Shown: positions 18,874 to 27,612 of the stretch, piece after piece
Layout: every line of letters begins with the position of its first letter
How positions within the stretch are numbered: the stretch's first letter is position 1
Origin: a virus
Lineage: Duplodnaviria > Caudoviricetes
Direction: 5' to 3' (one strand)
Virus record (IMG/VR): IMGVR_UViG_3300033463_000093
Location: 1 to 64,000 of that record
Length of the DNA stretch: 64,000 bases
Notes under the pieces: generated by a model
What the model was told of the DNA's origin: nothing
What the model saw: only the letters and a program-made list of their open reading frames with translations
The model's database searches: none
Program-made: the position numbers and the translations under genes

Positions 18874-19065
18874 TTACCAGATAACCTTCTTTGTCTCAAT
18901 GCCGCCATAGTTCTGTATGGCCAGGCGTCGGATTTTCTGTGCAGTGTCAGAGTTAGTAGAGTAGTTCAGTGCATTGTAGACCGATGCACGGCTCACGTTC
19001 ATCTCGGCGCATATTGCACCGATAAATTCCTTTTTTACGGTAATAATATTTCTTTTTATTGGCAT
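18874..19065 (-). CDS. Cro-like repressor
   Basis: 63 aa HTH (ICAEMNVSRASVYNALNY), divergent from CI. Confidence 0.75.
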   Translation of the reverse strand: MPIKRNIITVKKEFIGAICAEMNVSRASVYNALNYSTNSDTAQKIRRLAIQNYGGIETKKVIW

Positions 19066-19113
19066 AATAATAAATTTTTTATTGAAATTCTTGTAATATT
19101 CAAAATTTGTTTG

Positions 19114-19121
19114 TACTTTTG
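19114..19121 (+). promoter_or_regulatory. Bacteroidota -7 promoter element for cI
   Basis: TACTTTTG with TTG about 20 nt upstream. Confidence 0.6.
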
Positions 19122-19176
19122 CAGCCTGGATTTAAATTTAGACGAGTCTTAGACATATAATTTATTAATTTCTTTG

Positions 19177-19184
19177 CAAAGATA
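19177..19184 (-). promoter_or_regulatory. Bacteroidota -7 promoter element for the cro operon
   Basis: TATCTTTG on minus, TTTG at 19204-19207 (19-nt spacer). Confidence 0.65.
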
Positions 19185-19252
19185 AGAAAAATCTTTTTAA
19201 TAACAAAAGTAATTGGCATAAAATTAACATCTTTTATAAAGATAATTCTGTT

Positions 19253-20212
19253 ATGGATAAGAAAGAACGCTTTAATAAGGCGTACGGCTTCTTAAAATAC
19301 GAAGGAGTCATAAAGAAACAGGAGGACGTGGCCAGGGCGATGGGCGCCTCTCCCTCAAACGTATCGAGCGCCCTGAAGGGAAGGGAGGCCGTGCTCACGG
19401 ACAACTTCCTGATGCGCTTTGCGAATGCCTTCAAGCAGATATCACTGACATGGCTCCTGAACGAGGAAGGGCCGATGTTGACTGTCGTGCCTGAGTTCAA
19501 GGACGAGAACATGCCGCAGGTGCTTGAGGGCAACGCTGACAAGGACGTCGTCGCAGAGCAGAGCAAGATGACCGAGAGGATCAGGAGTCTCATACACGAG
19601 AAAGGACACCTCCCCAAGACGTTCGCGCTTGAGGCGAACATAGAGGTCTCTCTGTTCCTTCGCAAGATGAAGGGAGACATCGTATGGTCTGTTGCCGACG
19701 TACACAAGATATGTGATGCGTTCCGTGTCAGGAAGAGCTGGCTCGTCGACGGTGACGGACAGAAGTACCGACTGCCGCAGGAGGTGCTGGAGACCATACC
19801 CGCACGGTCTAACAACGCGCGCGTAGGCGTACCTTATTTTAACGTGGACTTCGAAATGGGCTACGACGTCATGATAAACGACCAGACGACGAACCCCGAG
19901 TACATGATAAACTTTTTCCCATACAACAAGGCCGACTGCTGGTGCAACGCACGGGGCGACTCCATGCACCCGACGATATCCAGCGGTGACCTCATCGCCA
20001 TCAAGGAGGTGCGCGACCCGATGTCCTGCCTCATCAGCGGTGAGATATACGCCATCGTCACGACGAACGACATGCGTACCATCAAGCGTGTGCGAGACAA
20101 CGGGGAGACGGTCACCCTTATCCCAGATAACAAGGACTATCCGGAGCAGACCATATCAAAGTCGTTGATACTGAAGGTTTACAGGGTGCTCGGGAGCATG
20201 AAGACTTTCTGA
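19253..20212 (+). CDS. cI: CI-like repressor, two HTH domains plus S24 peptidase
   Basis: HTH1 ending WLLNEEG, HTH2 ending WLVDGDG, ARGDSMHP (Ser) and TIKRV (Lys). Confidence 0.9.
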   Translation: MDKKERFNKAYGFLKYEGVIKKQEDVARAMGASPSNVSSALKGREAVLTDNFLMRFANAFKQISLTWLLNEEGPMLTVVPEFKDENMPQVLEGNADKDVVAEQSKMTERIRSLIHEKGHLPKTFALEANIEVSLFLRKMKGDIVWSVADVHKICDAFRVRKSWLVDGDGQKYRLPQEVLETIPARSNNARVGVPYFNVDFEMGYDVMINDQTTNPEYMINFFPYNKADCWCNARGDSMHPTISSGDLIAIKEVRDPMSCLISGEIYAIVTTNDMRTIKRVRDNGETVTLIPDNKDYPEQTISKSLILKVYRVLGSMKTF

Positions 20213-20280
20213 CAGAATAATACAATAGTAATACGCATGCGACGAAAACAGCAGGTAACCGACTGAGAACCAGCTTCCGC

Positions 20281-20302
20281 TTCAATTCCCCTATCGACTA
20301 CA
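20281..20302 (+). other. Putative attP core resembling a tRNA 3' end
   Basis: TTCAATT-CCCCT-ATCGACT-A-CA reads as T-loop, T-stem half, acceptor half, discriminator; no 5' half; immediately upstream of the integrase. Confidence 0.55.
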
Positions 20303-20331
20303 AGGTGGTGCGGAAGCACCACTTTTGTTTT
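20303..20331 (+). terminator. Rho-independent terminator
   Basis: AGGTGGTGC-GGAA-GCACCACTT followed by TTGTTTT. Confidence 0.75.
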
Positions 20332-20492
20332 GCCCGTAAACAAAGGGTTTCTCGCCTGAAACGTCGATATACAAAGGATTCCACGGAATACAACCCTCAG
20401 ATTTTAGTTGCGAAAAGTGTCGTTTAGTATGGCCAAGTTGCATCAAAAGTAATACAAATAGTAATACACTCTCACAAAAAATGTAATACACT

Positions 20493-21668
20493 ATGTTAGT
20501 ACCAAAGATAACATTCGTGTTCGACCGCCGTGGAAAGGCGGACAGGACGCACAAGGGGAGCATCGAGCTCAGGATAACGTGGCAGAGGAAGCAGAAGTTC
20601 ATCTCCACGGGCATCACCGTCTTCCCCAATCAGTGGAAGGGCGGCAACCCGTACGTCTCCGGTTACGAGACGTCAGGCGAGGACAACAGGATGCTCTCCG
20701 CCCTCTGGAGCCGTGCCCACAAGATCGTGTCGGAGCAGGTGGAGAGCGGCGAGATAGACCTCGATGCCATTCCGAGGATGCTCAAGCCCGGCGAGGGCGC
20801 TGGCATCACATTGCTACAGTATATCACCAGGCGCCTTGAAAGGCAGAACGTGCAGGAGTCGACATACCGACAGAAGGTGACGTTCTACAACAAGCTGCAT
20901 GAGTACGGCAGGATAAGGCTCTTCTCCGATGTCTCAGAGAAGGCCGTCCGTGATTTCGACGAGTGGCTGCACGCCTACGAGTGGACCGAGAGCGACAAGT
21001 TCGGCAACGAGGTCAGGAAGAAATACTCGCAGGCCACCATCGGCTCGTTCCACAAGAACCTCAAGGCGTTCATAGCGGATGCCGTCGTCGACGGATACCT
21101 CAAGGAGAACGTGTATGTCGCAAGACGCATCAAGGTGGACAAGGGTACGACGAGGATAGACCAGTACCTGACGGCAGAGGAGATATCCCGCCTGCTTGCC
21201 GCAGACATGCCGACAAAGTCGCTCGCAGAGGCGCGAGACCTGTTCGCCGTACAGATTCTGACGGGCATGGCGTACATAGACCTTATGGAATATGACTTTG
21301 CCAGACTAAAAGACATGGAAGTCGGTTCGGTGTGCCACGGAAGGCGGCGGAAGACTGGTACGGAGTTCGTGTTCGTGTTTACCGAGAAGGCGAGGGACAT
21401 CCTTGAGAGGTACGACTACCTTCTTCCGAAGGTCAGCAACCAGAAGTACAACACGAAGCTGAAGCTTGTGGCCGACGCGGCAGGCATAGACAGGCCGATC
21501 ACGAGCCACGACGGACGCAGGAGCTGCGGTTATGTGCTGCTGAATGCAGGCGTTCCCATCGAGGTGGTCAGCAGGGTTCTCGGACACTCGAGCATCAGCC
21601 AGACGGAACAGGCGTACGCAAGGATACTTGACGAGACGGTGGTAAAGGAAATTGGTAAGGTCATTTAG
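20493..21668 (+). CDS. int: Tyrosine integrase with arm-binding and SAM-like domains
   Basis: Bacteroidota Arm-DNA-bind N-terminus (SIELRITW..KFISTGI); catalytic TGMAY.D, K, HDGRR, LGH, Y. Confidence 0.93.
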   Translation: MLVPKITFVFDRRGKADRTHKGSIELRITWQRKQKFISTGITVFPNQWKGGNPYVSGYETSGEDNRMLSALWSRAHKIVSEQVESGEIDLDAIPRMLKPGEGAGITLLQYITRRLERQNVQESTYRQKVTFYNKLHEYGRIRLFSDVSEKAVRDFDEWLHAYEWTESDKFGNEVRKKYSQATIGSFHKNLKAFIADAVVDGYLKENVYVARRIKVDKGTTRIDQYLTAEEISRLLAADMPTKSLAEARDLFAVQILTGMAYIDLMEYDFARLKDMEVGSVCHGRRRKTGTEFVFVFTEKARDILERYDYLLPKVSNQKYNTKLKLVADAAGIDRPITSHDGRRSCGYVLLNAGVPIEVVSRVLGHSSISQTEQAYARILDETVVKEIGKVI

Positions 21669-21691
21669 CCTTACCAATCCTTACCGGCGCC

Positions 21692-22006
21692 TTACCGATG
21701 GGGCTGTTCCGCCCCACCCTCTTCACATTCCCTGAGCTTTTCCTTGAGCCATTCTATGTGGGCGCTGAGGCGCCTGCACTCGCGCCTTTTCTCGACAAGC
21801 TTCTCGTAATAGGCGTCTCTCGACACCTGTGCCTTTGCAAGCCTGTCGCCCTGAGCCTCTATCTTCTGCTCAAGCGACCTGGCATAGGCTGCGAGGCGGT
21901 CGTTCTGTTCGAGCAGCCATCTGTAGTGCTCGATGATGTGCTTCATCCGCTGCTCGTAGGGCAGGTCGTCCTGCGGCCTGCGCCTGGATCCTGTTTCAAT
22001 GTTCAT
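21692..22006 (-). CDS. Coiled-coil hypothetical protein (104 aa)
   Basis: Start re-called at MNIETG; heptad pattern. Confidence 0.55.
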   Translation of the reverse strand: MNIETGSRRRPQDDLPYEQRMKHIIEHYRWLLEQNDRLAAYARSLEQKIEAQGDRLAKAQVSRDAYYEKLVEKRRECRRLSAHIEWLKEKLRECEEGGAEQPHR

Positions 22007-22014
22007 ATTTTGTC

Positions 22015-22971
22015 TTATTGGTTTTCCTCTGTCTTCGGCTGGAAGTACGAGAACGCTGCCGGCGACACCTGCCGCTCTGCGCAGATGTACCGCTTGGTCG
22101 TCTCGATGTTCTTGCCGTGCCCCATCATCAGGGCGATGTCCTCGATGGGGACGTATGCGAGGTACAGGTTGGTGGCGAAGCTGCGCCTGCCCGTGTGGGC
22201 TGAGACGAACTGCCATTTCGGTCCCGTCACCTCCTCGTCCTCCCTGTTTATCGTCACGTTCCTGTTGATCCTGCACGCCTTGCAGATGCGCCTGACGTAG
22301 TCGTTGAACACGTCAGGGCAGCACTCGCGCCTGTATCGGTCCGCGAGGAAGTTGCGCAGCGACATCCCCTCGTCGACAGGAACGTTCACGACGATCTTCG
22401 GCGTCTTCTTCGGGATGTAGGATATCATCTGCGTGTCGATGTTGCAGTTGTCGATGGTGAAGCGTATGGCGTCGCAGTAGCGTGCGCCCGTGAGGCACAT
22501 CACGACGAAGTTGCGTCGCACGAACCTCTCTATCTCTCCCACCACCGTGTAGTTCATGATGCGCTGTATCTCCTCGCGCGTCAGGTAGACGTGTTGTGAC
22601 ACGCTGCCCTTGATGGTCAGCTTGCGCATGTATTCCTCTGACGGGACCTTGCGCCTGTTGTCGTTGATGACGGCCTTCAGCTCTGCGCATATCGTCTTGA
22701 CGGAGGAGGACTTCATGTTGCTGTCCTGCATGGAGAAGACGAAGTCGTCGAGGGTGTCGTCGGTGAGGTCTTCCCATACGGGGACGTGGCCGACGATCTC
22801 CTTGAGCCGGTCAAGCGTCTTCGTGCGCCCGGGCCAGTCATGGATGAACTTGCCTACGAAGGTGTGCCAGAAAAACTGTGGCGCATCCTCGTAGCCGTCG
22901 AAGTATCCAGCCCTGATGGCAGCCTGGTACTTCAGGTTCTTTTCGTAGGATAATCCTTTGATTTCTATCAT
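22015..22971 (-). CDS. Second tyrosine recombinase (318 aa)
   Basis: TGARY (R), PKKT (K), HTGRR (HxxR), MGH, KRY (Y) all intact; no arm-binding domain. Confidence 0.9.
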   Translation of the reverse strand: MIEIKGLSYEKNLKYQAAIRAGYFDGYEDAPQFFWHTFVGKFIHDWPGRTKTLDRLKEIVGHVPVWEDLTDDTLDDFVFSMQDSNMKSSSVKTICAELKAVINDNRRKVPSEEYMRKLTIKGSVSQHVYLTREEIQRIMNYTVVGEIERFVRRNFVVMCLTGARYCDAIRFTIDNCNIDTQMISYIPKKTPKIVVNVPVDEGMSLRNFLADRYRRECCPDVFNDYVRRICKACRINRNVTINREDEEVTGPKWQFVSAHTGRRSFATNLYLAYVPIEDIALMMGHGKNIETTKRYICAERQVSPAAFSYFQPKTEENQ

Positions 22972-22979
22972 ATCCGGTG

Positions 22980-22987
22980 CAAATTTA
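22980..22987 (-). promoter_or_regulatory. -7 promoter element for the second recombinase (near-leaderless mRNA)
   Basis: TAAATTTG ends 8 nt before the ATG. Confidence 0.5.
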
Positions 22988-23100
22988 ATAATATTATTTT
23001 AAATACATGAAAATTCGGTTGTAAAAAGTGAGGCGGAGGGGACTTCACACCCCTCCCGTGGCCGATTCGGACGGCACAGCCCCCAGTGGTGAGACACCGT

Positions 23101-23406
23101 TCATCCCGTCTCGACGTACGGGGTCATGTCGCATGCGGACACGATGTCCTGCCATACGCCTGTGATGTCGTCGTCCCATTCCCCGTCGCCGTGCTGCTGT
23201 ATGAGCCCGCACTCGGAGGTCATCGGGAACGAGTACACGACGAACGGGTGCATCGCCCCGTCGTCATCCTCGAACAGGTGCTTCGAGAACGAGAGCGAGT
23301 AGGATATACCGTCGCAGCTCTCGCACTTCATCCTCCACACCGATTCGTCGTCAGGGAGCCTGATGATCCTGTCCCTGAACTCTTCAAAAGTGAGATAATG
23401 TTTCAT
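23101..23406 (-). CDS. Hypothetical early protein
   Basis: 101 aa, acidic. Confidence 0.65.
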   Translation of the reverse strand: MKHYLTFEEFRDRIIRLPDDESVWRMKCESCDGISYSLSFSKHLFEDDDGAMHPFVVYSFPMTSECGLIQQHGDGEWDDDITGVWQDIVSACDMTPYVETG

Positions 23407-23430
23407 AATGTTGTCTGTAAACGTGGCAAA

Positions 23431-23889
23431 TCAGTGCCACTCTGTGTAGCATGCGTCCATGTTGTCCGCCATTGATTCGATGATTTCCTCGATCTCGTCC
23501 TGCGAGAGGTCTTCCTCCTTGCGGCCTTCGCCCTCGTCCTCAAGATAGGAGTCGATGTCTTGCTTGTAGATGCGGTAGCGCCGGAAGTGCTCCATGTCGG
23601 GCACTCCCATTATCTTCATTGCACACTCGTTGCTGCATGCGTATCCGCAGCAGTCGAGATACCATCCCTCCTCCATGATGGCTCCGCAGTTGGAGCATAT
23701 ACGGCACGAATCCACGTCGAGCCATGATATGAGGATTTCCTCACGGGACTTTCTGGATCCTTCCTCGATAGCCTTTTCGACGGCAGGGAAGACGGTTCCG
23801 AAGGCTTCGTCTCCGACAAGCTGTCTGACCTTTTCCTTGATTTCGTCATAGCAATGAGCAGAAACCATTTTGTTAAGTTTTTTTTCCAT
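23431..23889 (-). CDS. Hypothetical protein with Zn-binding Cys cluster
   Basis: CSNCG..CCGYACSNEC. Confidence 0.7.
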   Translation of the reverse strand: MEKKLNKMVSAHCYDEIKEKVRQLVGDEAFGTVFPAVEKAIEEGSRKSREEILISWLDVDSCRICSNCGAIMEEGWYLDCCGYACSNECAMKIMGVPDMEHFRRYRIYKQDIDSYLEDEGEGRKEEDLSQDEIEEIIESMADNMDACYTEWH

Positions 23890-23954
23890 ATTCGTTTATT
23901 TTTTGGGGTTAATGGTATCATCTTCCTGATGTCAGGAAAATGATAAAGAGACTT

Positions 23955-24584
23955 CTACCAGCTCATGATGACGAACATCCTGTCTTTGTCGTCGGTCCAC
24001 TTGTCCAGCATCTCCGCGCACTCGGTGATGATTTTCTTCACCTGATATGTGTAGTATGCCTTGTCGTAGTCCGTTCCTCCGAAGAAGAAACCGCCCTGCG
24101 TCGGAAGTTTTGCATACGAAAAGCCTTCGTCGCGCTGCGACAGCACATCGGTGGCCGTATGGATGAGCGTGATCAGGTCTGACTTGTAGACCTCGCACAT
24201 CTCGTTCTCAAGCCTGTCGCTGAAATAGTTGTAGACGCTGTTCACCTTTCTGAAGTACCCTGCGAGCGGCTTCGAGAACCACTCCCAGTTTATGCTTTCG
24301 TACCATCTCCTTGCCTCCTCGATTGTCTTGGCCTTCTCAAGCGGCTCGAGCTCGAACTCGCAGTCGAAATACTCGCCAAGCAGTTCATGGCGAAGACTCA
24401 TGATCTGGTACTCAGCATTCTTGTCGTCCATCTCGGCAAGCCTGCCCTCGATGAACTCTTTCGTTACCTTTGCGAAGTCCCTGTCCTGTTTTTCGTTCAC
24501 AGACTCATAGTACTTCTCAACACTCTCGTTCTTTCTCATCTTCCGTGGATGATGAATCAACTTGAAATAAATATCCAATCCCAT
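23955..24584 (-). CDS. Hypothetical phage protein
   Basis: MGLDIY..YFRKVNSVYNYF..LPTQGGFFFG..YD..Y..SW pattern recurrent in phages. Confidence 0.75.
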   Translation of the reverse strand: MGLDIYFKLIHHPRKMRKNESVEKYYESVNEKQDRDFAKVTKEFIEGRLAEMDDKNAEYQIMSLRHELLGEYFDCEFELEPLEKAKTIEEARRWYESINWEWFSKPLAGYFRKVNSVYNYFSDRLENEMCEVYKSDLITLIHTATDVLSQRDEGFSYAKLPTQGGFFFGGTDYDKAYYTYQVKKIITECAEMLDKWTDDKDRMFVIMSW

Positions 24585-24661
24585 AATTGTAAAGTTTTTT
24601 AATCGGTCATTTTAAAGAAATAGTTACAAGCCCCCTCATCGTTAAAAAGGTGGTGAAGAGA

Positions 24662-25066
24662 CTAAATGTTAAATGTTTCGCGTAGCCAGTTGTCAAGTTC
24701 GTAAGCGTCGATATGGAATTTCTTCCATGCCTCCCACGACTTTTTGCATCCGTCATAAGCGTCAATACATTCGGATACTTTTTCGAAGCCGAACTCAGCC
24801 TGAAAGTCGTCGATGTTCTTGCAGTTGTCATAATCAATGGCTTCGGACAGGAACATTTCAAACGCCTCTATGAGCTCTTTTCTTACCATCGGCTTGTGCG
24901 TCCTCGTGTTACCCCAGAAATCGAACGTGTAAACGGCCTCGTTTGCTGATACCGTAACTTTAAAGTGCTTCTTTTTGAATCCGTGACTCCACTTAGGGCA
25001 GTCTTCACCTACAAAACGCGCTTTTACGCATATAGGTGTGTCGCTGTAGTTGATGATTGTTGCCAT
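24662..25066 (-). CDS. Hypothetical protein
   Basis: YTFDFW..FLSEA.DY..DDFQAEFGFE. Confidence 0.7.
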   Translation of the reverse strand: MATIINYSDTPICVKARFVGEDCPKWSHGFKKKHFKVTVSANEAVYTFDFWGNTRTHKPMVRKELIEAFEMFLSEAIDYDNCKNIDDFQAEFGFEKVSECIDAYDGCKKSWEAWKKFHIDAYELDNWLRETFNI

Positions 25067-25123
25067 AATATATCTGTTTGGTTAAATAATTGTAAGCCCG
25101 TCGTTTCCGATGGGCTTTGGAGA

Positions 25124-25963
25124 CTAAACGAACCACAGGTTTTTGTCGGAACGCTCGACATAGAAGAGATGCGTGTACGTCTTTCCCGTCACATAGGCGT
25201 TCCATGCCTTGATGACAAGTTTCTGAACGACGAATCCTGGCAGTCTCTTGAGGAGGCTCCTCTTGCTCTCGTTGAGCTTCTGCTGAAGGAGCGTGATGAC
25301 GCTGTGCGACGGATTCTTGAGACCCTCGATCTCGTTGAAGAACGACATGACGGTGTCTTCCGGATGCTTCTTCTCAAGGATGAGGTAGGACGAGATGCCG
25401 CCGATGTCTGAGCCCTTGAGCAGCTTCCATCTTCCCTTTGCAGCAATCTTCGACGATGTCTTCCCGATGTTGTTCCAGAAGTCCTTTTTCGAGTTGAACT
25501 CGTCTTCGATCTCTGCATTCGACGTTCTGTCTGAGCCGGCCATCTCATTCATGACAGTGTAGTTGTTCTTCAGCTTTAAGAACCTGCGTATCGAAGCCGA
25601 GACGAGCGCAGCGTTTGGCACGTCCTGTACATAGAGGATGTCTGCCGCAGTCCTGTTCTTTCCGTTGTCCATGATGATGTAGGACTCGTTTGGCATGTTG
25701 CGGCACACGATGCACGGCATGGGCACGTTCGACCTTACGCAAGCGGTTAGGCGGTGCTGTCCGTTGAGCAGGATGCCGTTCGTGCCGAAGCAGATGGCGT
25801 CGTTGCTGAGAACGAACAGATGGTTCTTCAGCAGCCTCTGATAGAGACTGACTGTTTTCTCGTCAAGTTTCCTGTTCGAGATGTTGTGGGTTAGAAACTC
25901 CTGTGCCATTGATGGCGTTACAAGCATTACCTGCGTGCTGATTCTTTCAAATTCTTTTTCCAT
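25124..25963 (-). CDS. ParB-N-like phage protein
   Basis: VTPSMAQEFL..N..NRKL..LLNGQHRLTA..MDNGKNRT. Confidence 0.7.
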   Translation of the reverse strand: MEKEFERISTQVMLVTPSMAQEFLTHNISNRKLDEKTVSLYQRLLKNHLFVLSNDAICFGTNGILLNGQHRLTACVRSNVPMPCIVCRNMPNESYIIMDNGKNRTAADILYVQDVPNAALVSASIRRFLKLKNNYTVMNEMAGSDRTSNAEIEDEFNSKKDFWNNIGKTSSKIAAKGRWKLLKGSDIGGISSYLILEKKHPEDTVMSFFNEIEGLKNPSHSVITLLQQKLNESKRSLLKRLPGFVVQKLVIKAWNAYVTGKTYTHLFYVERSDKNLWFV

Positions 25964-26017
25964 ACTCTTATAATTTTAGGGGGTTAAACGTAGAGGGCGG
26001 ATGTCCGCCCTAAAAGA

Positions 26018-26620
26018 CTAAGGCTTCAGATGCGCAAACCAGGGAAGGGCGCCCGACCCCCAGGACATGAAGTCAATCCGGTTGTCTCCTGCGATTTTCT
26101 CACAGTCGAGTTCCGTGTCGATTTTGACGTAGTTCGACAGTTCCTCTTCCGAATACGGGACAAACTTCCGAACTCCGTCCACCTCTTTCCACTCTCCACT
26201 CAGATTGTCATCGTTTGTGATGTCATCGAAAGCCTTTCCGTTGAAGAGATACATGGCGTTTTCGTCGTCGCAGCTGACAGCGCACAAGCCCACCTTGCGG
26301 GCCTCGTCAAAGCACTCGCGTAGACGCTTGATGACAACCCGTTGCTCAAGGCTGAGCCGGAAGATGGAGTCGAGAACGACCGTTTTCACGAGCGTGTTCT
26401 TCTTCAGTTTCTCTACCTGCTCGTCGGTCAGATTCTTGTAGACGTGACAGAACCTGTGTTCCGGATAGATCTGCGCAATACCATACATTACAAGGTTGTC
26501 TGCGTCAGGACCGAGGATGTGCCCAAGCAGATTATGCTTGTTGTCGTAGCACTCGAACAGCTCGTTGTCGTTGAGCCATTCGTCTAAATCCTTTTGTGTT
26601 CTGAATTGTAATACTTTCAT
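26018..26620 (-). CDS. Hypothetical protein (200 aa)
   Basis: Start re-called at MKVLQF after an A-rich leader. Confidence 0.65.
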   Translation of the reverse strand: MKVLQFRTQKDLDEWLNDNELFECYDNKHNLLGHILGPDADNLVMYGIAQIYPEHRFCHVYKNLTDEQVEKLKKNTLVKTVVLDSIFRLSLEQRVVIKRLRECFDEARKVGLCAVSCDDENAMYLFNGKAFDDITNDDNLSGEWKEVDGVRKFVPYSEEELSNYVKIDTELDCEKIAGDNRIDFMSWGSGALPWFAHLKP

Positions 26621-26676
26621 ACTCTGTAAAATAAATTGGTGAATAATTGTGCCGTGTCCTTTGCACGGCTTTGAGA

Positions 26677-26823
26677 CTAATGTTTTCTGTTTACAAGCCA
26701 CGGCCACCTGATATAGGCGAGGTAATACACCGCAGCGAAGACAATGATGACGGGGAGAGTCCACACCCCGCAGAAGACGGAGACGAAGAATACCGCCCAG
26801 AGATTCTTGGACAGCTCACTCAT
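26677..26823 (-). CDS. 48-aa membrane peptide
   Basis: MSELSKNLWAVFFVSVFCGVWTLPVIIVFAAVYYLAYIRWPWLVNRKH. Confidence 0.6.
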   Translation of the reverse strand: MSELSKNLWAVFFVSVFCGVWTLPVIIVFAAVYYLAYIRWPWLVNRKH

Positions 26824-27137
26824 GACACGAAACGTTGGAAATTCTCTTTGCGGAAGCTGCGGAACTGCTGCTTCACCGTGTCATAGTAAGTCACCAGCTC
26901 TGGGTTCGGCTCACGATTCGTCGTGTCCTTGATGAGAGGCAGGATAATCTCGTCCTGTAACGTTCCGAAAGCCTGACGAACCGTGCCGTCCTTCTTGACG
27001 AAGTAGAACTCGACGATGCGGCTCTTCATCTGCTTTACACACTCGGCAATCTGCTGTGCCGTAATCTCGCACTCGGCCATAGGTCGGCCAGTGATCTCGT
27101 TGATGCGCTTGGCATCGCTCATTACTTGTGCTGACAT
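26820..27137 (-). CDS. SH3-fold/WYL-like (DUF2693-type) protein
   Basis: VEFYFVKKDGTVRQAFGTL..VTYYDTVKQQFRSFRKENF. Confidence 0.8.
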   Translation of the reverse strand: MSAQVMSDAKRINEITGRPMAECEITAQQIAECVKQMKSRIVEFYFVKKDGTVRQAFGTLQDEIILPLIKDTTNREPNPELVTYYDTVKQQFRSFRKENFQRFVS

Positions 27138-27141
27138 ACGC

Positions 27142-27288
27142 TTAAAATGTAAACATTTTGTTTTTTATTTTAACTAATACATGATACATGTCTTCGAGAA
27201 GTTCTCCGTCACTTAGTCCGGACTCTTCAGGGCACTCAAAGTCTGTCAACACCCTGCAAATTTCATCATACAATTCTTTATTATCCAT
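27142..27288 (-). CDS. 48-aa hypothetical protein
   Basis: MDNKELYDEICRVLTDFECPEESGLSDGELLEDMYHVLVKIKNKMFTF. Confidence 0.55.
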   Translation of the reverse strand: MDNKELYDEICRVLTDFECPEESGLSDGELLEDMYHVLVKIKNKMFTF

Positions 27289-27339
27289 ATCTTTTTAATT
27301 TGGTTAGACAATAGAACTCCCATGGCTGGGAGTTAAAGA

Positions 27340-27556
27340 CTACATGACATAATTGGACAGATAACTTTCCTTGAGATTGTACTTTTCGCACAACTCAACC
27401 AATAGCAGGAACTTTCCTTTTTTGGTCGAGAAGGCCAGAACGTCTTCTGTATTCGGAAATGGCGTTGTCCCTGTTAGTTATCATTTTGTCATACTCGCGA
27501 GAAGATTCGCGATACATTTGATGAATAGAATACTTTGGAATTGAAAACCATGACAT
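27340..27556 (-). pseudogene. Apparently frameshifted small gene
   Basis: ATG at 27556 stops early; a second frame with no start runs from ~27478 to the TAG of the boundary motif. Confidence 0.4.
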
Positions 27557-27612
27557 ACTTTTTCCTTTCTTTTAGGGGTTAATAATTGTGCCCTCACATA
27601 GAGGGCGGAAGA

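Noticed and set aside
20281-20302. Complete tRNA gene near the integrase
   Set aside because: Only the 3' portion is present; upstream sequence cannot form acceptor, D or anticodon arms. Its internal GACTA similarity to the array motif is too short to support a link.
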